Assembly (NCBI GenBank): GCA_000388065.2
Contig: KB932203.1
DNA length: 64,000 bases
From: Fonticula alba ATCC 38817
Taxonomy: Eukaryota > Protista > Nucleariida
Direction: 5' to 3' (one strand)
Below, in pieces: positions 49,252 to 63,121 of this stretch; the first letter of the stretch is position 1; every line of letters begins with the position of its first letter. The translations under genes and the position numbers were made by a program. The notes beneath the pieces are model-generated. The model did no database searches and was not told where the DNA came from. It saw nothing but the letters and a program-made list of their open reading frames with translations.

Positions 49252-50935
49252 GACTCTCAGGCGGGTACGGGCGGCTGTGTATGCGACAGCGGGCGAAGGT
49301 GCGGACAGTGGCAAGAGGGGGGGGGGGGGGGGGATCGAAAAGGGAGGAGGGTTGGGGGGGGAGGGGGCAAGAGAGGGGGAAAGGGGGAGAGGGAGAGGCA
49401 CTGTGTCAGCATCTTGGAGCCGGAGGAACGATGGCATGGCTCGCCAAGAGGTGCCAGCAGGCCAGTGCACCTCCGGCAGGAGACGCACACACATCCCGCT
49501 GCCGGAGGTACAGGCGGTCGCCCCCCCCCCCCCTCCCCCCCCCCATCTGCCGGCCCTCGCCCGCTCAATCGTGACGCCATCCTGCCTGCGGGTCCGGGGC
49601 GGGGCGGTCCAACCGGGCCGTCGCCGCGCTTGGCGCCCCGCACGTCGGGGGAACAAAGAGGGGCCGAGTCCCCTCTCACCTTTGGGTGTGATGGTCCTCT
49701 GCCGGGCGGGGCGCCAGCGCCATGCGGAGTAGCGAGACGGAGCAGACACTGAGATAGGTGCCAACGTGTGTGGCGTGATATGCAAACAACATTAGCCGAC
49801 CACGGGACACACCTGATTTTGCATATGACGTGTCACCGCGCTCTTCGCCTGGCAAACTCGCCGGCCGCCGGCCGGCTGCCGTTCCTCCTGGCTTGCGGGG
49901 CCGAAGTGTCGAGGGCCTAGTGTTGTTTTCTTTTCCTTTCCCTTTTTTACATAGATGTTGGCCCCTGCAGATCGCGCGGCGTCTCAGATCTTGGAGCACC
50001 TGGCCCAGCCGCCCTGAGATTGAGGGGTATTCCGGACCGATGGGCCTTCGTCAGGGTCGCCCAGCCGGGGGGGGGGGGGGGGGGCAAGGTGCGAGTCACC
50101 CGGGCGGGCCTCAGGGTCTGGGGATGGTTTTGGCGCCAAGACGGCGTGACTGGCGCCCCTGCGGCTGCCCACCACGCCGGGACCTGCTGCCACAAGGCGC
50201 GAAGGGGCGAGCTCACCCTGCCCGGGGTCCGGCGATGTGGCGTCCTCCAGCCCGCCCCGCCCCGGGGTGCTCTGAGGGGTGGGGGTGGGGGGCGGGCGGA
50301 GGGCAGTTGTCTCCGAGTCCCGATGCATCCCCCGGTGTCGATCCTTAATTTCTCCACCTGCCGAGGCGATTGCCGAGCAAGCTGGACGCGGGGGTGTTCC
50401 CCTTTTCCAGGACCCCCACTGCCTTTCCAAGTTGGGGCAGTGCACCCGGGTGGCCCCCGGCTGTCAACGCCGCTGGTCTCTACGTCCTTCGCGTCGGCTC
50501 TCGGCCCCCCTCCCCCCTCCCCCTGGCCGGGGCGCCTAGGGACAGGCCGGGTTCTGTTACCGGGGACTTGGGAGCTCGCACCGGCCTAAGTGTGCCGGCT
50601 GGCGGCGCCTGGCTCTCGCGGCTCGGCCGGATGGTGGCTCACCGGCGTCGGTGTTTGGCTCGCCCCGAAGCGATCTTCCCCGGGGGCTCTTTCACCATGG
50701 CAGGCGGGGAGCGCCGAGACTGCGCTGGCGAGGCGAAGCATACGTGCGTGCCAGCGGGACGATCGTTTCCGTACCGTGGGCAAGGGCAAAGGCGTGAGGC
50801 GGCCAGGGCACCCCATGGCCGGGCCCTCAAAACGCCTATCCGCCTCTGCACGCAAGGTGCCCCGGTGAGCCAACACCGGCTTCCTTGGCCGGAGCTGGTG
50901 CTATTCACGGGTCGCTCCTTTGTAAAGGCGTGAGC

Positions 50936-50966
<31 letters not shown>

Positions 50967-51446
50967 CGTGCTTTGTGAATGTGCGCCGTGGATGTGTCCG
51001 GCGGGTGTGCTGAAACACACGCGGCCCGACAACCTGGCTCCGTCTAGACTGGCGCGAGTGCCCTTGCCCACGGCCGTTCGAGCCCCTCTGCCCAGCATGG
51101 CACGTGCACACGGCGAGATAGGCCCGCGGGTGTGCCCCCTCCAGAGAGGGTATGCAAACTCTGGATCCCCCCCCCCCCCCCCCCCCCGGGCCTCACCCGT
51201 CCTCGTATCGCCTCGCACCGCGCCAACGTACACAATACCCTGCCTCGCTGCCTCTCGCTCCCGCCTCTGTTCCCCTGCCTCTCTCTCTCTCTCCCTCTCG
51301 CGCTCTCTCTCGCTCTCGCTCGGTCACTGTCTCGCGCGTTCTTGGCCCTTGCGCTTACTAACGCCAGGCCCCCCCCCCCGTCCCTCCCGGGCGCCGCCGG
51401 ACGCATTTCCCTGCTCCCTTGTAAAGCAGCCCCCCCCCCACTGGCC

Positions 51447-54400
51447 ATGAGGGTGCTCGCAGCCCGCAGCGGCCCGGTGCTGCTGATGGCCTTGGCGACC
51501 CTGCTAATTCTCTCGGCCAGTTCATGCCAGTCTGGCGCTCGGGCCAGTGCGCTGAATGCCACGACGTCGCGCGGCCGCCGCGACCAGGAGCCCGGCCACG
51601 CCCCGAGGCAGGCCATGCCCTACAAGGTCCTCTACCCGACCGATCGGGCAGATGACGAGGAAGATGACCTCCGGCCAGGCGCGGCGCCCATCAACCCGGG
51701 CCTACCACCCGGGCACCCGGACTACGAAGGCCTGACTGCCCGGTATGCGGTGCGGTTTTCGGCGCGGGCCTTGGCCGACGCGCGCCGGGCACGCCGGGGG
51801 ATCCTGTCACAGCGGCACCTGTCGGCAGCGGCCACCCCGGAGCAGGTGCCGGCCCTGCTGGCCGGGCAGGATCTCCTGGCCCGGATGATAGCCCAGCTGG
51901 ACGATCGCCAAGAGGCCGGCATGCAGCGTCGCAGCGAGGCCCTGGACCCCCAGGCGGCCCGGCAGCTCGACGAGGAGCTGGCCCAAGTCCGGCAGGCGCG
52001 CAGTGGCCTGGCCGGGGCCCGAGTCGAGCCGGTCGGGCACTTCCTTGATACGGTGGAGATCACCCTGCCCCTTGGTCTGGTGGAGAGCCAGCGCCTCGGG
52101 CGAAATGTGGTCATCGTTCGGCCCTCTCCGGCCGTGGGGGCGGACCTCCTCGGCGATGGCGGAGGCACGGGGCCCGGCGGGGCCTCAGCAACAGCAGCAG
52201 CAACGACACCACCGCCGCCGCCACCACCGGGCCAGCATTCCGTGCTGTCCTACCCGACGGTGGTCCTGACGCCGGAGCCGCCGGAGCGGGCGCCCTCCCA
52301 GAATCTGGGCGACTTCCTGCGCAGCCTTTTCACCTTCAACCGGCGTCGAGATGACATTGTCTGGTTCGAGCAGCAGGAGGCCCGGTGGCGGCACCGCCGC
52401 GACCGCGACATCGGCGCCGACCGGGGGGAGGATCTCGCGGCCGAGGGCCAAGCCCTCAACGCGCCGGAGGCTCCGACGCCCGACAATGGGCGGACCTTCT
52501 GGAGTGATCCCATGTGGCCGGACCAGTGGAATATCGTGCGTGTGCCGCGTGCCGGCAGCCAGTCGGGGCCGGGCTCGGGCCCGGCCGCGGGCGGGCCGCG
52601 GGGGGATCTATGAGAAGGGGCCGGGCCAAGAAGTGCATGGGGGAACATCGAGCGGGAGAGCAAGCGGCGGAGGCCCAGGGGGGAGGGCAGGGGCCTCTGG
52701 CTTCCGGGCTGGGGCGAGGCGGGCGGATGGGGGAGGCGCATGCCCCGAGACAGGCGGACGGAGGAGAGGTGTGCGTCTTGGATTGGGTTGCGCCTCGCGC
52801 TTGCCTTTTGTGCAAGCACACAAGCGCATGCGCCGTGGGGCTGTCCTGTCGCCGCTGCACCGATGCACAAGCATGCGCTTGTGCATTCTCCTCCCCGTCG
52901 AGGGGCCCGCGCATCCGACCTGCATCCCCCCAATACAGGCCCCCCTCCGGTCTCCGCTTGTGATGCCCCCCTCCCCCCCCTCTGCCTGGGACATGCCCCG
53001 GTGGCTGGCCCTCCGCGCACTGCGGCCCCTGCGGCTGCCTCGCCCGGTCTCGCCCTCGCGCCTGCACACCACACGGACACATTGTTGACAATCGACACCG
53101 GCATCCCCTGCGCTCTTCCTCCTTGCCCCGTAACGCCGGCCATGCAGCTGAACTACGGCCAGAAGGAGCCCACCACCCATGGGAATGATCATGGCATCAT
53201 GTCCGTCTGGCGGCAGGGTATCCTCGGTGAGGGCGTCACCGTGGCCGTGGTGGACGATGGCATTGAGCACACGCACGAGGACCTCAAGGCAGCCTACGTA
53301 CGTGATCCCTCTCCCTGAGAGGCGGCACATCCGCGCCAGCCTGGCAGCCGAGGCGGGTGCATGGCCCGCCCACATGTCACACACACATACATGTCACACA
53401 CAGTCACAAGCCCGGGACCGAGCACGCTCGACCGCGCCTGCCGCTCTCCTCGTCCACTCCGCTTTTCATCCTGTGTCTTCTTGCTCGGGTTCTGACCGTG
53501 TGCGTATGCCCCTATTGGTCGACGTGCCTGTCTCGTGCCGCCGTCGCTCCACTTCATACACACATGCACCCACGCACCCACACGCACACGCCCAACCACA
53601 TGTGGACAGTATCCCCAAAGCTCGTATGACTTCAACGGCAAGGATGCCGACCCCTTCCCCGGCGGGCAGTTCGACTACCATGGGACCCGGTGCTCCGGGC
53701 AAATTGCCTCGACCCCGAACAACCACATGTGCGGGGCTGGCATCGCGCCCAAGGCCCGTGTGGCGGCGCTGCGGCTGATCAGCTCGCCCACCACCGACAC
53801 CGATGAGTCGCGTGCCCTGTCGTATGCGCGGTCGGTGAATTTCATCTACAGCAACAGCTGGGGCCCGACCGATGACGGCGCCACCATGGAAGCCCCGGGG
53901 CCACTGGCCTCGCGTGCCCTCTGGGAGGGCGTGGCTTTTGGCCGCGAGCGCCGGGGAAGCATCTTTGTCTTTGCCTCCGGCAATGCGGCGCGCGTGGGCG
54001 ACACATGCGACTACGATGGCTATGCCAGCTCGTTGTATGTGATGGCCATCGGGTCGATCGGCGAGCATGCCCGCACTGTTGCCTACACGGAGCCCTGCGC
54101 GTCGCTCTTTGCGGTGGCCTTTTCCTCGGGCGGTGGCGATTCGATCGTGCGTCCACATTGTGGCAATGGCAAGGGCCCGGGGAGGGGGGGGGGGGCGGAG
54201 GGAGCGTAGTTGCACGTGTGTAAGAACATCTATGTGTGTGTGTGTGTGTGGGCGGGTGTTGGCCCGGTGGCACGCCTCCTGTTTTTTACCAGCCAAGGAA
54301 GTAGGCTTTGCACGCGTGGCAGGGCCAACGGGCGGGCCACCGGCCGGTCCAAAACTGACACACCCACGCACACATGCACGCCGGCGTACACGTCGGAAAT

Positions 54401-56843
54401 GCGCACAGACCACCGTCGACCGGGACAACCGCTGTACGCGTAGTCACTCCGGCACATCGGCCTCGGCCCCCTCGGTGGCGGGGATCCTGGCGTTGCTGCT
54501 GTCGGCTCGGCCGGACTTGACATACCGCGATGTGCACCACCTGGTGGCCAAGACCGCGGTGGTGGTGGACGCCGAGCACGCCGCCTGGCAGGTCAATGCC
54601 GCTGGGCTGCCTTTCTCCCGGCACCATGGGTTTGGCCTGATCCGGGCCGATCGGCTGATCGAGGCGGCGGCCTCCTGGCAGACGGTCGGCGGCTACGAGT
54701 ACTCGATCCCCTGGCTGACCAAGCCCCTGACTCTTGGGGTATGTTGCAGACCGACACCGTGTCCGCCGGCTGTGCTGCATGGCCAGCAAGCGCCGGTCTT
54801 GGGGCCGGGGACTGGGGGGGGGGGGGGGGGGCGGGGCGGAAATGGTGAGGGCGAGGCCGAGCGATGGCCCGCCAAAATGGCCAGGCCTTCCTTATTGCTG
54901 TCCCAGACGCCCTCCTTTTCCTGGCCTGCCATGTATAGCGCGCTGCGCACGACCAAGGTCCACGCGCGATCTCCGTGTGTCTAACAGCTCTCCGCTCGCC
55001 GACCTGTCACATATGGGCCCATGCCCACGCACGCGCACGCGCACGCGCACGCGCACGCGCACAGACCGCCATCGGCACGGCGCAGACCGGCCACGCCATG
55101 GAGTTCTCCTTCCACGTGCCGCGCGAGCCAGTCGATGCCGACGGGTTCACCGTGCCAGAGCTCACCGAGCGGGTGGCGCTCTTGGTGGACTTGCGCCATC
55201 CGCAGCGCGGGGCCGTGGCCGTGACTCTCACCTCGCCGGCCGGCACACGGGTGGTTATGGCCTCCGGCCGGCCGGATGACTGGAACCGTGATGGCTTCCG
55301 GAACTGGACCTTCACCTCGGTCTTCTTCTGGGACGAGGACCCGCGCGGGGAATGGCGGGTGCAAATCCGCGACCTGGCTCCCCAGAGCATGCCCCAGATG
55401 CAGCGCCAGGTGGTCTGGTCGCAGATGGCCATCCATGGGCGCATGCGCGAGCCCACCAAGCCGCGCCAGCCGCCGGGCCGCGACTACACCGGTCCCCTGC
55501 GCCCGGGGTACAATCTCGGCCTGGGCGGCGGCGAGGGTGGCGGCCCGGGCGGCGGCAGTGGTCCCCACCTGCCGGACGGCGGCCCGGGCGGCGGCGGCGG
55601 CAGTGCCGGCCCCGATGACCGGCCCATTCTCAGCATCCCGGTGGCCCTGACCCTGGGAGTGGTGATGGCCCTGGCCATGGGGCTGCTGCTGCACCATGGG
55701 TTCCGCGCGGCGCGCGAGTGGGTGTCCGGCCGCGGCCCGGCGGCCGAGGGGGGCTTCCACAGCCCGACTGACCCGCCGCCCCCGGGGCCGGGAACCGGTT
55801 CATCCAGGCGAAAGCGTCGCCCTGGCGCCGGCCGCCCTGGCCGGCCGAATGATCTCCAAGAGGCAGGCCATGTGGCCGGCGGCAGCCCCGGCGGCATCGA
55901 CCCCCGCTTCGACCTGGACAACGATGACTATGATGATGATGATGATGATGATGAGGATGATGGCGGCTACGACTCGGACGGGGCCTTTGCCTTCGGCCGG
56001 GTGGCGGGTGGCGGTTCGCGCCGGGCGGCCGGCCCGGGCGGCGGCATCCCCGCTTCCGCCTCCAAGACCGGGCTCCTGCTGGGGAAGCTGACTGGCGGCG
56101 GTGGCCCCGGTGGGGCTGGTGCGGCGGTTTCCCCGAGTGGCGGCCCCGCCGGCATCGGCGAGGACTACGAGATGGAGGATCTGTCCTCGGCGTCCTCCAG
56201 CGGCCTTGGTGGCCCCTCGCAGCACTCGTACCAGCCGCCCGGCCATCCTGCCGCCGGGGCGGCCTCTTCGGCTGGCCCCGCGACAGATGTCGAGGCGATT
56301 CTCGGCTCCGGCGGGCGTCTGGCCCCGCCGCCAAGCGCATCCGCTGCCAGTGGTGGTGGTGGTGGTGGTGCGACGCAGCACAAGACGCGGGCGACGGCTT
56401 CCGCCGGGGGAGGCTCCAGTGGCGGCCATGTTGGCATGGGGGGAGGCCCCGGTGCCCATCCCCGAATGGACATCCTGGCTGCCGGCTCCAGCACCAGCCC
56501 CCCGACGAATGTCCCGCGGATTTACTTCATCGGCACTGGTGGCAGCAGCAGCACCGGCGGACCAGGGCCGGACGCCCAACCGTCGCCGGTCACCCCGTCC
56601 TCCATCGGCGGGGGCGCCACCGGCACCCCGGAGCACGACCTGTCATCCTCCCTGCTGCTGGTGGCAGGCGGCACGCGCGGCGGGTCAGCCGCCGCCAGCC
56701 CCGGCCTCTTTGCCATTCCCCGGCCGCCGAGCGCCACCACCGCGACCACTGCCAGCAGTCCATTGGTGGGAGCCGACCTGCGCCAGCGAGCAAACGTCGA
56801 CAACTCGTGCAACGGCACCCTCAACCTTCTTAGCCTCGATTAG
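51447..56843 (+). CDS. KEX2: Kexin/furin-like proprotein convertase (S8B) with P domain, TM segment and cytosolic tail
   Basis: Signal peptide; VAVVDDG (Asp), HGTRCSG (His), SWGPTDDG, FASGN (oxyanion Asn), HSGTSASAP (Ser); P domain HPQRGAV..LTSPAGT..WTFTSVFFWDEDPRGEW; TM IPVALTLGVVMALAMGLLL; acidic cluster and YEM in the tail. Confidence 0.95.
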
Positions 56844-56892
56844 AGCCGGCAAAAGGGGGGAAGGGGAGGGAAAGCGGGGCGCGCACGAGAGA

Positions 56893-56928
<36 letters not shown>

Positions 56929-57654
56929 CTCAGCGACGATCATGGCTTGCGTGTCGCACCGGGAACACATACACCACACAAAAGCTCCGCATGCTGCCCT
57001 TTCCCCGGGGTGTTGCGTTTGTGTGTGCATGTGCCTGTTTCAGGCATCTCTCACTCGCTCTCTTCCTCCCTCCCTCCCTCTCTCTCCCTCCCTCTCCCTC
57101 CCTCCCTCTCTCTCTCTCTCTCTCCCCCCCCCCCTCGCGCAATATACATCATGTAAATACCGCCTCTTTTTTTTGATGTGCCCGTGTCTACACGTGTGAG
57201 CCGCTCTCGCCTTGCATGCGCGCTTGCGGTCCTCGGCTGTGTACGTGCCCCGTTCGGGGCCGGCATGTGTACACCCCGCGAATGTGGTGGAGGTAGTGCA
57301 GGTATATTTTTCTCGACCCCGACCGGGGGGGGGGGGGCGGTGTGCCTTTGTAAGGGGTGGAGTGGACAGGGGTGGGGAAGGGGGGAGCGGAGGGACACAG
57401 AGAAGGCAACACCTTTGCGAGGGAGAGAGATTCGGCAAAAGACATGAGAGAGCAACACGCTCTGGCAGGGGGAGAGGGAGAGAGCGAAAGAGAGGGCCGC
57501 GAACCAGACACGCTCCGAGCTGGGCCCGATTTGTCTTTCCTCCTCTCCTCCTGGCTCTCGCTGGCTCGGAGCCTGTGTCCCTTTCACACTCTGCTCCGCA
57601 TTTTTCCCTCACTGGCTCCCCCCCCCCCCCGCCCCTCGCCATGGCCCTCTCTCT

Positions 57655-59195
57655 TTAGAAGTCGAAGTCGTCCGTGGTGGAGAAGGGCGAAGCAGGGTTG
57701 CTCCACTGGGCGGCGGGGGCAGCAGGGGACCGGTTGCCGGGGCTGCCAGGGCCAGGAGCCACCGGCGAGCCGGCCGCCACGCCGAAGGGCGAGGCCGAGG
57801 ACGGCGATGCCGACGGCTGGAGGCCTGTGAAGAGCGGACTGGAGGAGGTGCCCGGCGGCTGGGCCGCGGTTACGAGAGGCGAACCGCCGCCGGGGCTACC
57901 ACCGCGGCTGAGCCCCGGCGAGGAGGGGGACGAAGAGGAGGAGGCCGCCACCGCCCCGGAGCCGCCGCTGGCGAAGGTAGGCATGGCGAAGGGGGCGCGT
58001 GCTTCGCCGGCCGCCGGCGGCGGGGCCACCATCGGCAGGGCCGCCAGCCGGTCCTCCAGGCCGGTCGTCAGCGGGGTGGCAGCGCCGGCACCTGGCATGC
58101 CCGGCGACCCTGCCCCGCTGGCGGAGAAGCCGCCGTCAAGCGGCTGCGCCTGGCGCGAATACGAAGCGAGATCCTGCAGGGGGACAAGTGGCGCGAGGTC
58201 AGAGCCGTGCTATGCGATGGCCAGGGCACAGGAGAGGGCAGAGAGAGAGAGAGAGAGAGAGAAAGAGGGAGAGGCGGGCACAGAAAAAAAAAAGGCGAGA
58301 GGATACATCGCCCTGACTGCGCAAGCACCAGGGCGCGGCAGACACATACCGCGGTCGGGGACACGCCGCCGCTGCGGGGCATGTCCTCCAGGGTGGGCGA
58401 GTGCGCCGTCGAGGAGGAGCCCGACTCGGTGCTCCGGATAGAAAGGGTCTCCGTGTCCAGGGAGGGGGTCTCGGCCTGGCGGTCGCCCCTCGACGAGAGG
58501 TGACCGGCGGGGGGGGCGGCGTTGGCCGAGCCGAAGGCCACGGCATCCGGCCGGGCCAGAGACCCAGCCACCCGCGGGTGCGTGATGGACAGCACCGACT
58601 TCCAGTGGTCCAGGCAGTGATCGACCAGGCTGCACATACGGCAGGGGGACCGGGCAGCAGGTGAGAGGCCAGTCGAGAGAGGCGGAGGATGAAAAGGGGG
58701 AGGAGGAGGGGGAGCGGCGACAGCTGCGCCAGCAGCAGGAGAAAGGAGCGGGGCGGCAAAGAGGGCGGGATACGAGCAGCAAAGGGACAGGGGGCTCATG
58801 GCAAGCCCACAGGGGCAGCCACCCGGGGGGGGGGGGGGGGGGGGGGCCGTACTCCGGGCGGTAGGTACGCGCCAGCATGGCGGCCTCAGCCTCGCGGCCG
58901 GTGTCCAGGAGGATCTGCGCGCAATCGACCAGGTTGTGCGTCACCCAGTTGGCCGCAAAGGCCACGTTGGTGGATTCGGCCTCCTCAGCCAGGCGGGCCA
59001 CCTTGCGCAGGCCCTCCTCATTGCCGCATGCATTGTAATACATCAGCAGACCGGGCAGGTCGCCGGCCCGCATGAGGGCCTTCTCGGCAAGATGGAACTG
59101 CGGAGGGCCGATGTTTTTTTTTTTGTTTCGTTGGTTTTTTTTTCGGCCCCACCCCACGCACTCGGTTAGCCACATGCTGGAAGGACAGCGCGGAA

Positions 59196-59280
<85 letters not shown>

Positions 59281-60965
59281 AGGCGAGAGGGTGAGAGGGT
59301 GGGAGGAAGGGGCGCGAGTGTGCCGGCGTCGAGCCATCTTCACCAGGAGCCCCGGTGCACGGCATACCTTGAGCACGACAGTGCCCTCGTCGAAGCCGAT
59401 GGCCACGTCGTTGTTGCCCGGGCGAGTGGCGATGGCCCACACGCGCTCCAGCCCATAGCTCAGGGTGTTCTCCAGGCGGAAGGTGTGCGAGTGCCAGAGG
59501 CGCACGGTGCCATCCTCACTGCCACTGATGATCAGCGGCAGGGTCGGGTGGAAGGTGACCACGGACAGGTTCTGCGTGTGTCCGCGCAAGGTTTGGATCG
59601 GGGACTTGGAGTGCAGATCCCAGACCTTGATTTGCCTGGCAGGGCAGAGGAGAGGAGGAGACAGCGAGAAAGGGGCAGGGGGCGGTATGCGGTCAGCAGC
59701 GAGCGAGCGAGCGAGCGGGTGGGCGGAGGAGAGAAGGGGGGGGGGAGGGCGTGCGGGTATGTGCGCACATGTCATCCGCGCCGGAGATCAAGAGCGGGCG
59801 ATCGCTGCCGGGGTAGAAATCCAGGCAGTTGACGCCTCGCTCGTGGCCCTCCAGAGTGAAGTTCGGCACCGCGGCGCCGATCTGCCACACCTTGATGGTG
59901 CGGTCGAGCGAGGCCGAGGCGAAGGTCGACGGATCGCGGGGGTTGAACACCACCTGCATGACATAGTGGCTGTGGCCCTCGAAGGTCTGTGAGCGGGAGG
60001 CACACGCGGGCAAAGGGTCGGGGAATGATGGGAGATGGGTCAGCGGCAGCACGGGGGAGGCGAAGGTCCGGCAAGGCGGGAAGGGAGGAGGAGGGGAGGG
60101 GGGGGGGGCAGCTTCGGCGGCGCGCACCTGGAAGTTGCGCCAGCCCTTTTCCCAGTCCCACGCGCGGATGGTCATGTCGTCGGAGGAGGACAGGACAATC
60201 GGCAGGGTGGGGTGCACGGCAATCGACCGAATGTAATCCATGTGCCCCTCGAAGGTGGTCACCTTCTCCAGGGTGTTGTAGTTGAACACGCGGATGTGCA
60301 TATCATCGGCACCGACGACGATCCAGTTCTTGCGCGCGATGAAGCAACCGGTGCGAACTGGTGGTCAACATGTAAGTAGCAGGCGGCAGCCGGGCGGGGG
60401 GGGGGGGGGGGGGAGGCCGGGCGGGCGAGTGGTCGCGTACCGGGGAGCTCAGACACCTCGAAGGTCTTCAGCAGGGTCTGGGCCAGGCAATGGTGGCCCG
60501 GCGTGGCAAAAGGGCACGGGGAGGTCAGTGGGGACGCCGGTTCCCGGGCCCGGGGACGGGGCGCGTGGACGGGGGCGCACCTGAGTCTCGAAGTTCCAAA
60601 TCAAGGCCTGGCCATTGTACAGACAGGCCAGGACCCAGGGCTCGGTCGGGTGGAAGTCCACAGCCTTCACCCGGTCCGAGCGGGCATAGAGCTTCTTCTG
60701 CAGGGGGCGGGGGGGGGGGGGGAGGGGGGGCAGATGTGGGGATGCAGGGTCAGGAGCGGCCAGACGAGGGGCGGGAGAGAAGGGCGAAGGAGGTGTAAAG
60801 CGTGCGCGCACCGTGATGTCAAGACGAAGGGGCTTCGAGGCGGGCACCGGGGGGTGGTGGGGAGGCGGAGCCGCAAGGCAGGAGAGCGAGGAGGGGTGTC
60901 AGAGGAGGGAGCAATGCCAAGCCGGCGGGAGGCGCACAGATCAGTGAGCGGGTGCGAGGCACCAT
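57655..60965 (-). CDS. COPB2: Coatomer subunit beta' (Sec27); central region absent from the assembly
   Basis: ATG-only exon 1 (60965-60963), PLRLDIT|[23 protein letters not shown]40 repeats ([29 protein letters not shown]), then [23 protein letters not shown]. Stop at 57655. Confidence 0.95.
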
Positions 60966-62048
60966 TGTTGGTGGGACCAAGCTGAAGGACTTCTCGGGGA
61001 TCCTTTTCTAGATGCTGGGCAGATGGGGCGGAAGAGGGGTGCAAGGTGACGCCGACGGCGGCGGCGGCGGCGGCGACGATTGCGGCGATTGCGGCGAGAG
61101 CCGTGGCTGTGTTAGGAAGGAGGACACTGGGGTGGAGGAGAGATGCCCGGCGTCTTCGGGGGCGGTTGGCGAGCAACTGGCGCGAAGGAGGGGAGAGAAG
61201 GGGTGGCGGGGGAGGCAGAGCGCGCGAGGGAGAGCGAGGGAGAGCGAGGGAGAGATGTACGGCAGATTGCGAGCAGGAGAGGGAAAGACACAAAGAAGGA
61301 AGCACAGGGGGAGAGGGGGAGGGGGAGGGGAGGAAGATCCAGGGCGGGAGGTGTGAGGATATAACGCGGGCGGTGCGGCGCCCCGGGTGTTGGCGGTGCA
61401 CCCCCCCATCAGTACGAATGTCCCCTCGCCCCGCCCCCCGCCCCTTAGAGAACGGGGAACTTGGTGCAAAATCCCCGGCGGCCCTCTGCCTGTCCCGCGC
61501 AGGCCGCCTTCACAGCCATCCACAGGCGCCAACGGTACTGCTAAGAACGGTTGGGAGAGAAGGGGGCTCCTTCCGAAGCCCCCTCCCTTTCGTTGAGGGG
61601 GGGGGGGGGGGGGCAGGCGGATCGCCACTAACACACCGGCCAATAGCTAAGAAGGGAAAAAGGGCGCCCCACAGCGATTTGCGCCGAAGTCACCACCACA
61701 CCACCATGTCCCCAGCACCACGACACAAGCGGCCGCCCAACTAGTGTGCAGACAGGGCCGGGCAGGGGGGCGGTATGGTCTTTTCTCCCCCGCACATCGC
61801 ACACTTTCCTCCGGCCACACCGGGTCACAGTGGCCGGAAAAACTAACAACATGCCCGGAGCCGGACCGCGGCAAAAGCCCATACATCATCCACGCATCGC
61901 ATCGCATCGCCCCCCCCCCCCCCCCCGCTCCGAGTCCGTGCCCCCGGCCGCAGTACTCTGACAGGCCTGGTGGTCAGTTGGGGTGTCGGGATCACGTGTA
62001 TGATATTCGCTAAACTGTATTTGTGGCATGTAACCGAGAGCCGACCCA

Positions 62049-63078
62049 TCACTCGGCGGCCGAGAGCCGGGCGAGGAGGGAGGCTTCCCGACGTGCGAGG
62101 GCCGCAACGGGGCCCTCCTCACCGGTGGGCCCCCCCCCGGGAGAGGTTTGCCCATCGGCCGAGACAAACAACTCGTCGGCCGTTAGCCCGGCCGGAGGCT
62201 GGAGGAGAACCGAGGCAGGGAAACCGGGCCGAGGGGCGAAGAGCGGACGCTCGGCCGACTGGGTGCGTGCACATGCATATGTGTGTACATCAGGAGGGGG
62301 GTGGGGGAGCAAATGTCAGCGCAAGGGGACACGGAGGAGCGGATGGCAGAGCACATGGCGGGCAGGGAAGGAGATCAGACATACGGAAAAATCTGAAGCA
62401 GGGTCGGAGCCGGGGGCGCTGGCGGCGTCCGAGCCAGGTCGCCGGGTCGGGCGAGAGTGCGCCGTGGCTGTAAGCCCCTCAGCGCGGGCCACAATCGCGG
62501 GGGCCACCCCGCGCGACCACGCAAGGCGCAGGCCATGCGGCGGGGTGGTCTTCAGAGCGGCATTCTGTCGGGCAAGGCGTGCGAGAAAAAGGAAGGAAGG
62601 CAGGGAGAGGAAGGGAGAGGAAGGGAGAGGAAGGGAGAGGAAGGGAGAGGGTGAGAGCCTGGAAGGAGGGAGGGGCATGGCAGGGGAGACAGGATTGTCT
62701 GGCGGGAATTGGGAGAGCGGTAGGGAAGGGGGGCGGACGAGCTTTCGTGTGTATGTGTGTGTGTATATAGGAGGGGGAGACAACCGACATACCGCCTCGC
62801 CTACTCGGCGGAAGGTGATGTGCGCACTGCGCGACTCGAAGTCCACCTTGGAGACAGACCTCGCGGCAGGGGCAAAGAGCGACAACAGGCGCTGCGTCAT
62901 GGATGACACTGAGACATGCGCCCCATCAAGTGAGGCAGCCCCAACTGACCAGGACACCCGCAGGGTGCGGTCCGCCTCATCTGCAAGGGGCGAATGGCCC
63001 GGCAGCCGAAGGGACGCCGATCGGGAGGGTTAATAGGTGCGGGGTTGGTCCGGGGCAAGGCAGGGGCAGAGGGAGAGG

Positions 63079-63121
<43 letters not shown>

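Noticed and set aside
52860-52890. Perfect 10-bp hairpin ATGCACAAGC/GCTTGTGCAT in kexin intron 1
   Set aside because: Isolated, with no boxes, TIR/TSD structure or second copy seen.
61975-62050. GATCACG plus ATTTGTGG (U1 loop I-like and Sm-site-like)
   Set aside because: No ACTTACCTG 5' end and the spacing is incompatible with U1. It lies antisense to the DNAJC17 3' UTR.
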